A model generated the notes under the pieces. That model had not been told where the DNA came from. It worked only from the letters and a program-made list of their open reading frames with translations, and made no database searches. This document shows positions 30,458 through 32,000 of a stretch of DNA of 32,000 nt, piece by piece. Position 1 is the first letter of the stretch; each line of letters opens with the position of its first letter. The DNA is from Phycisphaera mikurensis NBRC 102666 (GTDB taxonomy: Bacteria > Planctomycetota > Phycisphaerae > Phycisphaerales > Phycisphaeraceae): NCBI RefSeq assembly GCF_000284115.1, contig NC_017080.1, positions 2,430,001 through 2,462,000 of the forward strand. The letters are read 5' to 3'. Position numbers and translations under genes: made by a program.

Positions 30458-31740
30458 CCGCCGCCGCTCCCCACCTCGTCGTCGTCGGCGCCGGCCACGC
30501 CGCCGCCCAGCTGTGCGCCTCGCTGCACGCCACCGATTGGCCCGGACGCGTCACCGTCGTCGGCGACGAGCCCGGCCTGCCGTACCACCGGCCGCCCCTG
30601 TCGAAGGGCCGGCTGGATGCCGGCGAGCCCGGGGCCGCCGAAGCCGCCGGGGCCGACCTCATCCGCCCCGAGGCCTTCTACGACGACCACAACATCGCCC
30701 GCCGCGAGAGCGTCGCCGTCGTCGCCATCGACCGCGCGGCGAAAGAGCTGACGCTGCGTGGCGGCGGCGAGGACGAGAGGCTCGGCTACGACCTGCTCGT
30801 CCTCGCCACCGGCTCGCTGCACCGCCGCCCGCCGATCCCGGGCATCGACCACGAGCGGGTCCACACGCTGCGGACCGCGGCCGAGGCCGCGGCCGTCCGC
30901 GATCGGCTCGGGCAGGCCTCCTCGGTGGTCGTCATCGGCGCCGGCTTCATCGGCCTCGAGGTCGCCGCCTCGCTCCGCAAGCGGGGCCTGGGCGTGACCG
31001 TCCTGGAGATGGCCGACCGCGTGCTCGCCCGCGTCACCTCCGAGGAGGTGTCCGCCTTCTTCGCCGACCTGCACCGCGGCCACGGCGTGGACCTCCGCCT
31101 CGGTGCCGGCGCCACCGCCATCGACGACCGTCTCGGCGGGCTGAGGGTCCGCCTCGGCGACGGCGACGCGATCGACGCCGACTTCGTCGTCGTCGGCGCC
31201 GGGGCCGCGGCCAACGACGCCCTCGCCCGCGACGCGGGGCTGGAGATCGGCGAGCGGCCATTCGGCGGCGTCGTCGTCGACGCCCACCAGCGAACCGCCG
31301 ACCCCGCCGTCTTCGCCATCGGCGACTGCTGCAACCAGCTGAGCCACCTCTACGGCCGCCGCATGCGGCTGGAGAGCGTGCAGAACGCCAACGACCAGGC
31401 GAAGACCGCCGCCGCCGCGATCGCCGGCACGCCGCGGCCGCACGTGTCGATGCCGTGGTTCTGGTCCGACCAGTACGACGTGAAGCTGCAGATCGCCGGC
31501 CTCTCCACCGGCCACGACCGCTGCGTCCTCCGCGGCGAGCCGGCGGTCGGGCAGTCCTTCTCCGCCTGGTACCTCCAGGGCGGGAAGCTGCTCGCCGTCG
31601 ACGCGGTGAACGACCCCCGCGCCTACGCCGTCGCGGGCAAGCTGATCCCGCACGGCCTCACGCCCGACCCGGCGCTGATCGCCGACACCTCGGCGGGTCC
31701 CAAAGACCTCATCGCTTCCGCCAAGGGCGCCTCCTCATGA
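30454..31740 (+). CDS. FAD-dependent ferredoxin reductase (putidaredoxin-reductase-like)
   Basis: VVVGAGHAAAQLCASL, VVIGAGFIGLEVAASLRKRGLGVTVLEMADRVL, VFAIGDCCN, FWSDQYDVKLQIAGL. TTG start overlapping the ferredoxin stop (TTGA). Confidence 0.93.
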   Translation: MTAAAPHLVVVGAGHAAAQLCASLHATDWPGRVTVVGDEPGLPYHRPPLSKGRLDAGEPGAAEAAGADLIRPEAFYDDHNIARRESVAVVAIDRAAKELTLRGGGEDERLGYDLLVLATGSLHRRPPIPGIDHERVHTLRTAAEAAAVRDRLGQASSVVVIGAGFIGLEVAASLRKRGLGVTVLEMADRVLARVTSEEVSAFFADLHRGHGVDLRLGAGATAIDDRLGGLRVRLGDGDAIDADFVVVGAGAAANDALARDAGLEIGERPFGGVVVDAHQRTADPAVFAIGDCCNQLSHLYGRRMRLESVQNANDQAKTAAAAIAGTPRPHVSMPWFWSDQYDVKLQIAGLSTGHDRCVLRGEPAVGQSFSAWYLQGGKLLAVDAVNDPRAYAVAGKLIPHGLTPDPALIADTSAGPKDLIASAKGASS

Positions 31741-32000
31741 GCGACGAACCCCACGCCCCGACCCCCGCCGGCTGCCCCCACGGCCGCGACCCCTTCAAAG
31801 CCGCCCGCGAAGCCGAGGGCGTCCAGCGGATGACCGCCGAGGGCGAGGAGATGCCGCTGGTGCTGCGCCTCCAGGACGTCCGCCGCGTCTGCAAGGACTG
31901 GAAGACCTTCAGCAACGACGACCCGCTGATGATCGTTCCCCACAGCGAGGAGAAGGTCCGCGACGTCCGCCAGCTGCCCATCGAGATCGACCCGCCGCAG
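31737..32000 (+). CDS. Cytochrome P450, N-terminal part (truncated by the window edge)
   Basis: MSDEPHAPTPAGCPHGRDPFKAAREAEGVQRM...LVLRLQDVRRVCKDWKTFSNDDPLMIVPHSEEKVRDVRQLPIEIDPP resembles bacterial P450 N-termini. Partnered with ferredoxin and reductase genes. Confidence 0.82.
   Translation, partial: MSDEPHAPTPAGCPHGRDPFKAAREAEGVQRMTAEGEEMPLVLRLQDVRRVCKDWKTFSNDDPLMIVPHSEEKVRDVRQLPIEIDPPQ

Overview
High-GC bacterial chromosomal window. Gene content and style suggest Planctomycetes/Phycisphaerae, but that is an inference. Coding is mostly housekeeping: a DsbD-N-like protein, D-Ala-D-Ala ligase, LpxI, an MlaD/MlaF pair, a DegT-type aminotransferase, an ImuA-ImuB-DnaE2 translesion cassette, PheS, an osmoprotectant ABC system, tRNA-Gly(CCC), a DHH phosphoesterase, RibF, an alpha/beta hydrolase, a DinG-like helicase, an aromatic/aspartate aminotransferase, a parvulin PPIase, a Gfo/Idh/MocA oxidoreductase, a GT4 glycosyltransferase, PgsA, and a ferredoxin / ferredoxin reductase / cytochrome P450 operon cut by the right edge. 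Two repeat systems stand out. (1) A family of inverted-repeat inserts is built from an 8-nt tandem unit (AGCGAAGA or AGAGACGA type) ending in AGTCAG. Two copies sit inside dnaE2 and keep its reading frame open. The larger copy carries, in another frame, a complete ORF for a four-helix-bundle protein of the 23S rRNA intervening-sequence (S23/bAvd-like) type. A third copy lies between the dinG-like gene and the aminotransferase. (2) Six copies of an exactly 46-bp palindrome, CCGCGGACCG-N26-CGGTCCGCGG, occur only at gene boundaries. No CRISPR array, transposase, reverse transcriptase or rRNA was recognised.
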